DNA of 64,000 bases from Octopus vulgaris (taxonomy: Eukaryota): the NCBI GenBank assembly GCA_951406725.2, contig OX597815.1:209560001-209624000 (forward strand), given 5' to 3'. Each line of letters starts with the position of its first letter. Within the stretch, counting starts at the first letter, position 1. The translations under genes and the position numbers were made by a program. The notes below the pieces were generated by a model. That model did no database searches. It was not told where the DNA came from and was given only the letters and a program-made list of their open reading frames with translations. Below, piece after piece: positions 15,138-29,152 of this stretch.

Positions 15138-15248
15138 TTTGATATATGAGGATTCACAGATGCAAGAAGACTGAATTTAAATGTATTTATGTTTTCAGCG
15201 TTATTTTTGTTTAGCGTTTCTATGGTGTGTGAATATTTCAGTTTGTAA

Positions 15249-15643
15249 TCTTTATATATAAAAGTAAGGTTGTGTGCTGTCTGTCTCCTACGATTTAGAT
15301 TCCTAACTACTCCCCCATTTTGCGGTGCAGTTTAACCAAAACCGGGTATCTTATAGTCGTGATTCATATCGAGTCCTTCTGGGTATTAGCGCGCGACTAC
15401 GATGAGTTTACGATCTAAAAAAAAAATTACCATCAATTTTTCCCATTTTTAATGCATTTTGGCATATATAAGGGAAGTAACTCTCTAAAAGTTTATTATT
15501 AAATCTCAGAACGTAAAAAGCTACAGTAACACGCCCCCTTTGTGGTTAACCATATTGAGATGGCTATTATACTTTACATCTCTAAAAATGCTTATATAGT
15601 TATTTCCCTTACAAACCCGAGCAACGCCGGGCGATACTGCTAG
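15249..15643 (+). mobile_element. Non-autonomous Helitron (395 bp)
   Basis: Starts TC(TTTATATATAAAAG), has a subterminal hairpin CCCGAGCAACGCCGGG (15616-15631), ends CTAG, and is inserted between A15248 and T15644 without a TSD. Confidence 0.85.
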
Positions 15644-15819
15644 TTATTGATAATTTTAATTTAGTGACTTAAAGAATTCTATCGTTGTGTTTTACATAAT
15701 ATATTTTCTTGCAGTTCTGAATTAATATGCAACACAAAGCAGAAGAAATCTGAATGGAAATGTCTTTTATTTTGTAAGAGTTTTGAGGGAGACTACAGCT
15801 GTTCCGCGGTGGGTGCCCT

Positions 15820-16330
15820 GACGTAAAATGTCTGTTTGGATCAACACATGAGCATGCAATATAAAGATGGCTATTAAAGTATCTTGAACTTGTCTGCTCA
15901 ACTCAACTCATGCAAACACCAAGTGTTGTTCCTGAGACTTGCTGATGGTCATAGACGAACATTGTAGCTGGAAGCTGAAAGTAATTGAAATACCTTATCA
16001 TATTAGAAGAAAGCATAATTTGAAAATGTCTTCCTTTTTGACACAACAAGGAATAATGGCAACTTCGATCGCATAAGGAATAAGAGTTTAGAAATTATAT
16101 CCTTTACTTAGTTTCAGAGCATCCCTATTTTGTAGCGCTTCTCCTTTCAGTTGAAGAGTGTGAAGAGGAACAGTTGTGGGTTAAAAATAAATGGATAGTT
16201 GGCATCATCGAAAACGAAAATTGACTTCTTCCGTCTTAGTTGTTACCAGTTCAATGAAGGTGGATAAAACAAGGGTAAAGCTGCTGCGCAATTTAATTTT
16301 TAAGAACCAGGATGATATGTTCGGAAAGCC
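15820..16330 (-). pseudogene. Degenerate Helitron PIF1-like helicase C-terminal fragment
   Basis: Minus-strand pieces VPLHTLQLK, AIEVAIIPCCVKKEDIF, SMTISKSQEQ (cf. AMTINKSQGQ) and SHLYIACSCV (cf. HGQLYVACSRV). Confidence 0.7.
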
Positions 16331-16449
16331 GCTAATGGTTTCTATAAATCTATGAAAGATTAGGACAAACTTTCTATAGCATTTCTAGCGAAGTATCACT
16401 GCAATTTTTCTTGTAACTCAGGTTGTGTTGGAACTCCGGGAGTCTTACA

Positions 16450-17830
16450 TGCGTAGCGGTCTTGCTTTCTGCAGCCTACGGCAGAATATCATCTGTTCTC
16501 TTCAACTGCCTAATGCTTTCCTGATGATTCTGGCCGTCTTAAGGAGGCAAACATTTTGTAACAGCTCTTTAGAGCACTCTATTCCGATGTCCCTTATATT
16601 CCTCTTCATGCCGTCTGATACTGTTGTCAACGACCCAACAATAATTAGCACAATCTTCACCTTTTTAATTTTCCGCAGTTGAACTATCTCGTATTTAAGA
16701 GGGTTGTATACGCCTATTTTCGCCTTCCTTTGCAACTGTTCATTGGTCAAAGGGTCACTCACCATCAATCAAAGAAGTCATGTGGTTCGCCTCGTCCACT
16801 ACCGTTAGGTCTGGCTTGTTGCGCTAAAGAACCTGGTCTGTTTGAACTGGGAAATCCCACAGGATTTTTCAGGTCTTCGAGTCGGCCACTCTCTATAGTT
16901 TGTACTCATACCACGTTTTGCCTCTCTCTCTTTTCTCACCGTTTCCAATACAGCACTTTCGCTCTACCTCACTGTGTTACTACAACTCATATTGGTATTC
17001 GTTCACAACATGAGCAATGAATTCGTCAAATCTGTTACAGATTCGGCACAATGGAGACACTTGCTCATTTCTAATGTTGATCCTCCAATTTGTGGCCAAA
17101 GCTTGCTCTTGCTCTGCCAGTACAGTGCTCTCAGTTTCCTTGTTTAAATGTTACTCCTAGTAATAGTGGTTCTGCGGTATCTTTTTTACATACCATGCTG
17201 TTGTTTTCTTCTGCTCTAATACTGTGTTCGCATCCAATAAATCATCTTCTCCCTCTTTTTCTTGGTACATATAATCTGTCTGTGTCACTTTTTGGGTGGA
17301 GTGACCCATATCTAGTTATCAACTTCCTTGTCTTTCTGTCTAAGCTGTTACTTCGTTTACCGCCCATGCAATTACCCTTGCTCCATATCTGAGGAGTGAA
17401 ACCACCCAGGTGTTGATAGCTTCGATCTTATTCCATCCGTTTAATTTCGACTTAAGGATCAGTCTCAGTCTGCATAAGTACTCCACCTTAAATTTTTCTG
17501 TCATTTCTTTCTCCATCAATTTATCCATTTCCCAAATCCCCAAATACTTATAGTCCGTCACTTCTATCTGCTTCATAACCTCCCCCGACGGTATCGTTAG
17601 TCCGTCCGTATATTTGATTTTGCCTCTCTTCAAGACTAATACACCATACTATCTCAGTCCGAACTCCATTCTCATAGCAGCACTGAAGGTATACACCGTA
17701 TCAACGAGGAAACTAACTTGGGCTTCATCTTTACCATAATGTTTGAGGTCATCCATGAATAACAAATGGTTGACTTTTGAATACATAACCAGCTTTTGCT
17801 TTCCTCAGAATCAGTGTCATTGGTTTCAAG
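16450..17830 (-). mobile_element. R4/Dong-like non-LTR retrotransposon remnant (RT C-terminus to REL endonuclease end)
   Basis: KRGKIK..YKYLGIWE..EYLCRLRLILKSKLNGWNKIEAINTW..LRYGA and KVKIVLIIVGSL..LQNVCLLKTARIIRKAL; a frameshifted HLLFMDDL-type motif lies near 17745-17775. Confidence 0.85.
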
Positions 17831-18614
17831 CGCAGTACAAAGATCAATCTCTCCTCTCACTTTCTCTCTCTCCTCTCTTCAACCTCTTTAACCTCACCAT
17901 CAGAACATCACCCCGCTGCTAAAATTTTTTGTTTTTAACTCTCCCCTCCCTTCAACTAACTTTTTTAATCACGTAATAAATAATACGTTCCCCCTACCTC
18001 ACGTCGTAGACGTTTCTCTCTCCCTCTTTTTCTTTCTCCTTCTTTCTGTCACACTCTTAATCTTATCCCCTTTTAAAATCATAATTAACTGATCCACCTG
18101 TATTTTCTTTTACCCAAAATCAGGAAATTTTGAGCAGCGCTTCGTATTGTCTCTTATAATTTCAAGACTAATGACAAATGACGAGGTAAAAAGTTTTGAA
18201 ATTTAGTTTGTATACTTCCGTAGCAATTGTTTTTCATCTTTAGTTCGTACCTGTAAAAGCTGATCTATGATGAGTCCTATTGCTAAAATTTCGAGCATCC
18301 ACGTTACGTGTTAATAAAGCTACATTATTCTTGGAGTAACTTTCAACATTGAATACATTTTATTCTGCAATAATGAAATGAGAATTTAAATAGACACAAT
18401 ACAACTAAATCTGTTGAAATTAAAAACAGAAAATAGATTTCTAAAGATAATTATCGAAACAATTCTTACCTTATTTTTTGTGACACTATAATCATTTAAA
18501 TCTTTGAAATGGAACACAGAGGTGAGTGTGGTGTAAAATAATGTGATAAAGGTATTTTGAATATGATTAGGTGACTACTTCACTCTAACAATATTTTATC
18601 TGTTAACTTATACA

Positions 18615-19458
18615 TTTTTAAGTCATTGGACTACGGCCATGCTGGGATACCGCCTTGGAAGTGTTTTTAGTAGAAGAATCGCACTATTATTTTCAATCGA
18701 ACACTTTTGCCGAACAGCTAAAGTTCGTGGACGTAAACGAACCATCACCAGTTGTCAAGCGTTGGTAGGGACAAGCACAAATATAAACACACACACACAC
18801 ACGCACATACATAATATATACATAATACATACACAGATATACATGTGTGTGTATACCAGGCGCGACTCTGTGATAAGAAGCTTGCTTCTCAACCCCATGG
18901 TTCGACACTTAGTCTCCCTGCGTTGCACATTGGGCAAGTGTCTTCTACTATAGCTTTGGGCCGACCAAAGCCTTGTGAGTGGATTTGGTAGATAGAAGTT
19001 GAAAGAAGCCCATCGTATATATATGTATATGTGTGTGTGTGTGTGTGTGTATGTGTAAGTGTGTGTTTGTTTGTGTGTGACTCGTTGTGTCTTTGTTTGT
19101 CTCCCATCACCGCTTGAGAATCGTTGTTGGTGTGTTTATGTCCCCGTAACTTAGAGCTTCGGCAAAATAGACCTACAGAATAAGTGTTAAGCTTTAGAAA
19201 TAAGTACTGGGGTTAAGGCGGTGCTCTAGCATGGCCATAGTCAAATGACAGAAACAAAGAAAATATTTAAAAATATATATGTATATACATACATATATAT
19301 ACATTGGGCTTCTTTCAGTTTCCCCTCTACCAAATCTACTCACAAACCTTTATTTGGATTCAAGATTTTATAGAAGACACTTGCCTAAGGTTTCACGATG
19401 CGAGACTGAACCCAGAACCATGTTGATAGGAAGTCAACTTCATACCACACATCCATGG
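18615..19458. mobile_element. Cluster of SINE family A: a + copy (18859-19262) between the tail (18615-18790) and head (19300-19458) halves of an older minus copy
   Basis: The two minus-strand halves are complementary parts of one element, split at its internal microsatellite. Confidence 0.75.
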
Positions 19459-20549
19459 TAACATATATTCAAGTTTAAATATAAATATTGATTCTTTGAG
19501 TCAGTTACTCAATCTACTAAAGATATTGTCCAATTCTCCTTGAAATCACAGTTTTAAAAAGCTCACATTCGGGTTATACGATGTTCACGTAAAACATATG
19601 ATTGTCACGGATAGAATTAATTTGATTCTATATCTATTTGCTAAATATTACTTGAATAGTTGTCTTTTGTCAATTACTATAATACACTGTATATAATTGA
19701 ATACTAGTATAAACTATAAAAGTGTAATGATGGTAGTTGTAGATATATATATATATGTAAGCATGGCAAATAAAAGTGGAAAGAAATAAAATTAAAATGA
19801 TTGATGAGAAATATAAAAGTACATTGGAACATTGAAATACATGCTTTCTTTAAAGGATGAGGAAAAATAGTCTTCAAAGGTGATTAAAACTACAGAATTA
19901 ACACAACTGTGATGAAAAGCAATAAATAATTCATATGAACAGCAGATAAGTACAAAATAAGTACAAGTTATATAAGAATATGTTATGTTATGGTGTGAGG
20001 ACAAATCCAAGCGGGAGATTCATGAACACATTCTATTCCTCCCAACTAATGTCTCTTGGCACATGGTAGGCATTGCTATTATACTGAACACGAGGCCATA
20101 TCACTTCTAATCGCGGACAAACTGCACTGAACAAGATTATTGCTAGAGACCACAAAACGAAATTGAGGAACTACTAGTGCAGGACACAAATTCCCGGTGC
20201 AGCATAGTTTAAGGCATCTCACTTGCGACCCCTTGAAGAAAAATCGTTACAATGCAAATGTGATCGAAAGGATTGTGGCTATTCAGATTCTTTCTTTAGT
20301 ATTTCGCAGAGTATTCTCCATAGCCAGATGCTCGAAACCAATCGAACCTGCAGTAGGGATAGAACTTATTGGTCCATATATCCCGTAATTTCAGTGACAA
20401 GTGTGAGGAAGTTGTGGGTAAATAACAAAGCAGAAACTATTCACTAATGAAGTAAACGTTAGGGTTTGAAGAATCTAGTGATGGCAATTATATTTATTTC
20501 GTTACTATCAGTTTGAAATAGATCGACAGTGCAAGCTCTTGTGGTGGTT

Positions 20550-20790
20550 TTCTCAGACCGGGCGGTGTGTGTACTTATGAGCGAAACACCTAAGCTCCAC
20601 GCGGCTCCGGCAGAAGGTAATGGCGAACTTCTGCTGACTCTTTCGCCACAACTTTCTCTCACTCTTTCCTCCTGCATCTTGCAGCTAACCTGCGACGGAC
20701 CGGCGTACCGTCCAGGTGGGGAACCTATACGCCAATGAAACTGGAAAACCGGCCCTTATGATCCAGGCATGGCTCGAGAAGGAACAAACA
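20550..20790 (+). mobile_element. 5'-truncated copy of SINE family C
   Basis: Aligns with 55-292. Confidence 0.85.
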
Positions 20791-21057
20791 ATATAGATAT
20801 AACATTTAACAGGTTAGAGTGTTGAGTTCATGATAATGTCCTTGTGAGTTTGATTTACGAAGCGCTTGAGTAAGGCATTTCGTTTCGCATTAATTCAGTC
20901 TACCCATCTTTAAATAACACTCGTCCAGTTCTAGCGCAATTCCCACTCCCTCAGCATTCACATCCAAGATGGTCGACTGAATCAAGAGTGGCTGGATCGA
21001 GAGAATGACTACGACTGCTCGCGACTACGTACACATCGAAAACAATAATCAAAAGCA

Positions 21058-21127
<70 letters not shown>

Positions 21128-21887
21128 TTGAAGTGGTTGCGTGGCGTTCGATCATATAATAACAAAATAATATATAAATATATATGCATATATACATACA
21201 TATATGTACATACCTACATCTATAGGTATATATACATGCATATATGGGTACAGGACACCACAAAAAAACCTTGAACACAATGAGAAACGAAAACATAATA
21301 ACAAAAACATGGAAATGGACTTTTTTCAAGCAACGAAAAAAACAGAGTACAAGACATACAACACAAGGAATATTCTCCTTCTTCAGTTGTCCCTGTTCCG
21401 GCTACTCCGCGTGATGAAGGTAAGAACAAGACGCGACTTCATTGAAACAGTCCTTCCCGCACAGCAAATTACATAAGATTTGGGATTTTTTGCGGAGGGG
21501 TAAAAGTGGTAACAAGAGCAGAACAGTAAAAACAAAACAAGACAGTAAAACTAATACAAATAAAAACAGTAAAAGACAGGACGAGGAGAATAACACAGTA
21601 AAAACAAACGATGAGGGCTGTTAAGTCGAGACGATATATATATATATATATATATATAATTTGTCGAACTGCACGCCATATATTAACACGAGGTCAGAGA
21701 CACGAAAGGTTCGGCCGATTATATTCACAGTTACATCCAAATGCCCTCGTTCTGGCACGCTAAATTCCCGGAAATAAATACGCCGGTGTGAGAACATATT
21801 AATTTATAATCAAAGTCAAAAAGAGGGTGAAAAAATTGGATATTAATTTAATAACACCAATTTAAACAAATTATATTTTATTACGTA

Positions 21888-21961
21888 CTCCACCGATGAT
21901 CCGAGGATATTTATGTAAGTAAAATTACATAATTTATTAACGGTGAAACAATTGTATGGGG
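21888..21961 (+). ncRNA. Type I hammerhead motif (U4C variant) with extended stem II
   Basis: CUCCA-CCGAUGA-UCCG..UUAUGUAA..UUACAUAA..CGGU-GAA-ACAAUUGU-A^UGGGG. Confidence 0.65.
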
Positions 21962-22114
21962 TTAATCTATATTTTCGTTAATTTTCATTTGTCTCGCTCG
22001 CTTACGTTCTTAGTGTGCTAAATTATTTCTTGAGAACAATTCTTAGTGGTTGAGTCCCTTTGTGGATCTATATCTAGCGTAAGAGCGTCCACATAGTGGA
22101 TTCGCTCTCATAGT

Positions 22115-22163
<49 letters not shown>

Positions 22164-22590
22164 CTATAAACACTCGAAAGTGACAGCTTCCTGTACGGTG
22201 GTATTTGTTTTTGCACCAACTCGTGCAACTTACGATGTCAAAATAAGAACAATGCGTAAATCAGTATATTTTGGTATAGTCTAGTTTTGATTTTATATTT
22301 TTTGAATGGTAATAATAGGGTAATTAAAATTGTAACTTAGCAACTATCAGATAAAAGGTAGAAATGAAAAATCAATGCCATGAATGTCTGCTTGAATGTT
22401 ACTACCACTTTTAGACTCAGGACATTGCCAGAGACGATCCATCAATCTACTTTAAAAAATGTTAAGAGAGATTAACTAATAGATTGTAGGGATGTTATTT
22501 GGTTATAATAATGTCAGACAACAAATCAGTTTTATGAAAAAGCACTTGAAGAATGAAGAATGTGACATATGAATGTCATAGGAGCAATAC

Positions 22591-22634
<44 letters not shown>

Positions 22635-22757
22635 TATATATCTATATTTATATACATATATATATATATATATACATATATATATACATATATATATACA
22701 TATATACATATATATATATACATATATATATACATATATATATACATATATATATAT

Positions 22758-22814
<57 letters not shown>

Positions 22815-22844
22815 GGAAAAAAGCAACAAGAATGGATTAAAATC

Positions 22845-22928
22845 TCGGTACGATCGTTTCGTACGAGGACATCTGTAATAAGCTACAAAAAATGCAGTGA
22901 ATACAGATGGCTCGTACTCGTCAGCCGA
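22845..22928 (-). ncRNA. Type I hammerhead ribozyme motif, canonical core
   Basis: Minus strand: UCGG-CUGACGA-GUACGAG..CAUCUGUA..UACAGAUG..CUCGUAC-GAA-ACGAUCGU-A^CCGA. All conserved core bases are present, stem III is palindromic, and the cleavage triplet is GUA. Confidence 0.88.
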
Positions 22929-23001
22929 AAAAACATCAGAGAATTCCCAAACATCAAAAGGGGTAGATACAAAAGAGGTTGTAAGATTAACTGCATTGAA
23001 G

Positions 23002-23420
23002 AAAGTTCGATTCATGGAGATCCGAAGAATGGTTTTAAACTTACAGAATTTGTGCATGTCTACATATAGCTCATATTGAATTTTTAATCAAGTTGTGTGA
23101 AGAAATTTTCGGATACAGTCATGCAAAATTTCTGAAAATCCGAGTAAGAGGCAAAGTGACTGCCATATCATGTAGAGGAAAGTCTGAGTAAAATCAAAGT
23201 GACTGTTATATCGTGTAGAGGAACAGATTGTTATTGAAATTTACAAGAATCGCAGATAAGTTCGATTCTTGGAGATCCGATGAAAAGTCTTGAACTTACA
23301 GAATATGTGCATGTCCTTATAGTTCATAATCCAGTTTTGTGAAGAGATTTAGGGTACAATCATGCGAAAATATCAGGGAATCCGAATGAGAAGCAAAATG
23401 ACAGTCTTATATTGTAGAGG
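23002..23420. repeat. Diverged ~170-bp direct repeat (about 23002-23180 and 23258-23420) in the hammerhead-bearing cassette
   Basis: aagttcgattc(a/t)tggagatccga...acttacagaat(t/a)tgtgcatgtc...aatccga...tgtagagg occurs twice. Confidence 0.8.
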
Positions 23421-23432
23421 TGCCTGTTGTTA

Positions 23433-23494
<62 letters not shown>

Positions 23495-23941
23495 GTATGC
23501 AAGTATGTATGTTTGTTACATATGTATGTAGTATGATAAATCAATCAGATATACATCATGGTGATTGAAGCAAAGTATGAAACACACTCCACTCAAGAAA
23601 TCGAACCACTTCGTCTACGATTTGGTTACAAATTGAAGATGTCTTATTTCCTCTGCTAAAAGAGTAAACTAAATTTGTAGTGACATGAGGAAGACGGCCT
23701 CAACTGTTTTCTGTCTCTGAACTCAATTGGGCTAATAACCCATTAATGAATACTGATTCTCACATACACAAAAAGACTCCATATCTGTCTCTTCTGGTAT
23801 AGATAAAGATATTTTTTTTGTATGAATACTGTACAATATTCAATATGTCTTCCGAAATAAATGTCATATGCCTTGTATATAAATATTATTTTTACACGTT
23901 ATTATATTTATATGTCTGCATTATATACACACACATATGCA

Positions 23942-24028
<87 letters not shown>

Positions 24029-24071
24029 CACACATAGATAGATAGATAGGTATGATACTCTCACTCCCGTC

Positions 24072-24115
<44 letters not shown>

Positions 24116-25199
24116 TATGTGTATTATGTATGAATACTGTATATAAGCATGTATATATGAAATTAAACAGATATTGGTGTGAAAGCAAAGCAATACGCGA
24201 TCTTATATCTGAGATAGGTTTCCAAATGTCAATAACAATAGATTATTAGAACGGGGACAATATATTCAACTTGGAAAGTATCGAACGAGCTAAAAGAAGA
24301 AATAAAAAATTCCTCACAATACTCAGTTTATGAAAGAAATACTTCCAGTGCTATTGAGGCGAGTGTGTTGATAAAATTGTTTTCATTTATTATTTGCTTC
24401 AGTCATGTCATGTGGGTATATGGTAAAGCATGAATCCCTAAAGGTTTACGTTGATTTTATTGTCCAAAACCCTTAAAGATTAGTGCCTTACCATGTCTGT
24501 TAGCAACGTTTTTAACTTTGGGTGCGAGGAAGGTAAAAGTTAATTACGTTATGCACAAAGAGAAACAATGAAGGCACATCATAATATCATACTGCATGAT
24601 CGTCTAATGCACCGAATGTTTGCCATCCTATTCCGCTATCCAAAAATCTGGTAACCGTCTGCAAAATTTCCGTCTCTCAAATTTAACTTGACTCTGTCTG
24701 TACAATACGACTCAGTAAAGAAATGACAGTAATTTAAATTTAAAAGAAGCCCTATGAAATTATATTAAAAGGTTAAAGTATACTGGATCGATCACCGCCG
24801 GGTTACTAAAGATCAAGGATGACGTTGGCTCTCCCCAGCGCCGATCATCAATGAAGATACACAAGAAATCGTTATCTATTTCATTTGAATGTGAGATCGT
24901 TAATAAACAGTAGAAAAACTGATCACTAAGAGAAGCACACCGTGTTCGAGATATTGAAGCAAAAAGAACTACACTTTGTGAGACAAAAATGTCAGAGTAC
25001 ATTTAGACAACCAGAAATACATGTAGTTCAAACAGCAACAACTACAGACCCCAATATTTAATTTATTCATTGCAATGAATTAAATTAATTTGAATGAGAA
25101 ATCAGTAGAGCAGAGATGCATATCCGATGTTGGCTTTACAATAAAAAAGCGTATTATTGCAAACTTAGATCAGGAAATAACCACAACAAATGGCCGAAG

Positions 25200-27660
25200 G
25201 TATGCTATATCATATTTATGTTGGCGCTTCTGCAACTATCAACTCTGGTAGTGCAAAGAAGGACTTCTATAGTACTATGAAAATGACTAAAGCAGTCTGG
25301 TACAAAGAGACAAGCTGTTAATAATGGGCAGCTTCATTGCCCGCATTAAACAACAAGTAGAAAGTGGTCCACTGTGGTTAACAGACATGGAAAAAGGACG
25401 TACAAATCAATTAGGGAACCTAGCCTCACTTTATATTCCGAGTAGAACTTCATCATTATCAAAACTGTTGTCAATCAGAAGAAATAACGAAGTGATTTGG
25501 ATGAACCGTCTCTCAAAGGACTGAATCCCAATACTACATTATAGAAGGCAGTAGGATAGAGGTGATATATACATTACATGGGCAATGAGAGAGAAAACTA
25601 TACCACAAGCTATTAGATGCTTCGATCGTAGATAGCCATCACGCTAAATTCCAAACGGCACAAGATAAGATCTCCCCAATCCATTTATCTAACGATAAGA
25701 AAATTGATTGATAATAACGTAGATGTTATATTAGAATATTATATAGATAATGTTTTAGAGATGTGGGAAATACAACACAAAACAAGTGGTATAAAAGCAA
25801 AATAGTCCTCGCCCTAGAATATATGAAACAACTAGAACATTGTTTAGGTAACAAAAAAGAATATACTATGACTGGCATAATTGTGAGGATTCTTGTTTCA
25901 CCGATAAATAACGCAAAAGTGTTCGACAGAAGCGTTTCCAGACTTGCAACAATCATTTCAGCTTTGCTGAATTCAGAGATAAAATAGGGTAACAACAACA
26001 TTACACTGGTATGATGAAGTTAGAGAAGTGGGAACTAGAGCTACAAGCTTCTACTGGCTTCAAAGACACGAAGGGCTTCTATGCCAGTATGACGGAGGCG
26101 TAGAGCTCTTCCACCAAATGCGCAGCATACCAGGACACGTTGTGCGAGAAATCCGGAAAATGCAACGTATCACACTACTGTTATATCAAAAGATGATACG
26201 TCGAGTGTAGAGGAGTTATTGGTTACAACCAGGTCATTAGAAAAGCAACAAGAGTAATCGTGAGCACATAAGAAATGTGGAATAAATGAAACGAAAACAT
26301 TTATTAGATGTTGCCAACAATTGATGCTGGAAGCGTGGGAGGCTGGTGATGTCTCGAAAGACTGAAAATATGTTAGCAGGGCTCCGTAATTTGAGAAAGG
26401 TAATTGGAATGAATGCGGCGAAATATCGAGGAATTTTCCGGGAAAATCCTAGAGAAAGTGTTGATCACTAAGAAAATCATAGTAGTCTTACTTTCGTCGA
26501 GGATTTAAAAGGCGAAGAAACATCCTTTATACAGTGTTCTACCTAATTCATATCCAAATGATATGTGTGAAATCTCTTTACTCTTTTACTTGTTTCAGTC
26601 ATTTGACTGCGGCCATACTGGAGCACCGCCTTTAGTCGAGCAAATCGACCCCGGGACTTATTCTTTGTAAGCCTAGTACTTATTCTATCGCTCTCTTTTG
26701 CCAGAACCGGGGACGTAAACACACCTGCATCGGTTGTCAAGCAATGCTAGGGGGACAAATACAGACACACAAACACATACACACACATACATATATATAT
26801 ATATACATACATATAAACGACAGGCTTCTTTCAGTTTCCGTCTACCAAATCCACTCACAAGGCATTGGTCGGCCCGGGGCTATAGCAGAAGACACTTGCC
26901 CAAGATGCCACGCAGTGGGACTGAACCCGGAACCCATATGTGTGGAATGACACTAGAAATGCGGGTTTTTAACACAATAAGTTGGCCGTAACATGTGGAA
27001 GATACTACAAACGCTTGGCTATCAGGAAGCTCTTAAAATCGAGCCTCTGGCATGAAGGATTAAAGCAGGACGAGAAGGCAATCTGCAGCTCAACTGAAGG
27101 CGTATATATGTAGAAAAGAGCTGAGGCTAATCTAGTAAAGCTGTCACCCCTCGAAATTACGGTTAAATAACACATGCTAATGAGAGAAATGCTGTTTGCT
27201 AGTGATTGGACCCATCTCTCCCAGACAACAGATTCTGTACTAAACCAGGTGGATTCTTCCGTTGGTATAGCTACAAATTTCTTAAGACAGAAATTCTCTA
27301 TCAGAAGACAAACCCTGACATAAGAAAGTGGTAGCAGTTCATTCTGAGTCCCTCATCATCGAAGGCAAGAAGTGGGCAAGCCATTTTAATGCTATGAACA
27401 ATATAATCAGTTTGGTTCACAGAGATCTGTGAAGGAAAACGTCTTATTTTATGTATTTCGACTCGAGATTTTACATATGAACGTTCAACCATCGATATCG
27501 ACGGAAAACCGGCAATAGTTGACAAAGCTTTTGATCAAAAGATGTGCTAGCAGTAAAACTGTGATGTCAGAATATATTGAAGATAAAACAAAGAGAAAAA
27601 AGTGTAAAGGCTATCATGGAGATAAGATGAAAAGCACACTTCACAGATGCATCTTAACGG
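25200..27660 (+). mobile_element. Very old RTE-like LINE remnant (APE to RT) interrupted by a SINE
   Basis: Weak motifs: IYV..KKDFY..IMGSFIAR (cf. IMGDFNAR) near 25210-25345 and MREMLFASD (cf. IRELLFADD) near 27180. Confidence 0.5.
26574..26935 (-). mobile_element. SINE family A, slightly 5'-truncated, with 13-bp TSD
   Basis: ATATGTGTG(A/G)AAT at 26561-26573 and 26936-26948. Confidence 0.9.
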
Positions 27661-28699
27661 CAAAAGAACAAAAAGCAAAAACAAGACAAAAAAAACACCA
27701 AAAGCAAAAACAAAAAACACAGAGTTTTGCAAGAGACGTCAAAACATCGTTTTAATAAACAGCAGAAAGTTCAATGCCCTGAAATATAAACTTCATTAGA
27801 AAGTTGTTAATATCAAAATGGACTGCAAACACGAAGATTATAATGGCGGTGATCGTGATGGCGACTATGTTAAATTGACAGATATATACATCTTTTTCTC
27901 TCTCTTCTTTCTCTCTCGCTCTCTTTTCTCCCTTTCTGCATATATATGCACACACAAATATGCAATACTTTGATCTTATATGTTTATATAAATACATACA
28001 TACACACATATGCGTGAATATATACATATATTTATGTGAGTGTGTATGCATATATATGTATATATATATGTGTGTGTATAGACGTGTTTATATAAAAATA
28101 TATATGTGTGTATGTATGTTTATATGTGTATATATATATATGTATTTATATATCCTGATCCACTGGCCAGTTACTCTGGAGGTACTTGTATGCGTACATA
28201 CCTATATGCATGCCTATGAACATATATACATATGTATACACACGCAAGCATAATATCTTCCCATAAAGTATGATGCAACAGCAATATGTAGAATTGTATA
28301 AGATAGCAAAAGAATAACATCAAATAAAGATGAACATATTGAGACTGGTAGATCAAAAGAATATTTGAAGAACCCAAGTATATAGAAAACATATCAAAAC
28401 ACATGTGACGTAGAATTTTTCTTTGGTGCCAAAAATTACAAAAACCGAAATCTCTTGGGGGAAGTCAACAGCTCAATGCACGTTAAATAAAGAACCAGTG
28501 CAGTTTTGTGGTTAATCTGTATGTCTGCCTGTATTTCTGTCTCTTTAGAAGAAATTGGTGGCTGTGATCTTACTTAGAGTAGGATGGCTCCACCTGGTTC
28601 AGTGTGACCTAGGCGTGCAGCGTGACATGACGACACCTCAACGCCGCCTCTAAGCATGTATGCATATATATACATACGTAATACGTACATGCATACAAT

Positions 28700-28744
<45 letters not shown>

Positions 28745-28745
<1 letters not shown>

Positions 28746-28935
28746 AATGCTTAGCGCTATTTCGTCTGCTGCTACGTTCTGAGTTCAAATTCCGCCGAAG
28801 TCGACTTTGCTTTTCATCCTTTCGTAGTCGATTAAATAAGTACTAGTTACGCACTGGGGTCGATGTAATCGACTTAATCCCTTTGTCTGTCCTTGTTTTT
28901 ACCCTCTATGTTTAGCCCCTTGTGGGAAATAAAGA

Positions 28936-28940
<5 letters not shown>
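28745..28940 (+). mobile_element. SINE family B, 5'-truncated
   Basis: Matches 56760-56955. Confidence 0.85.
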
Positions 28941-28988
<48 letters not shown>

Positions 28989-28997
28989 TAGATATAC

Positions 28998-29104
<107 letters not shown>

Positions 29105-29121
29105 CATATATATATATACAC

Positions 29122-29152
<31 letters not shown>

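Noticed and set aside
21400-21460. TGATGA...GAAACAGTC in a TA-flanked cassette (21250-21630)
   Set aside because: Stems I and II do not pair convincingly on either strand.
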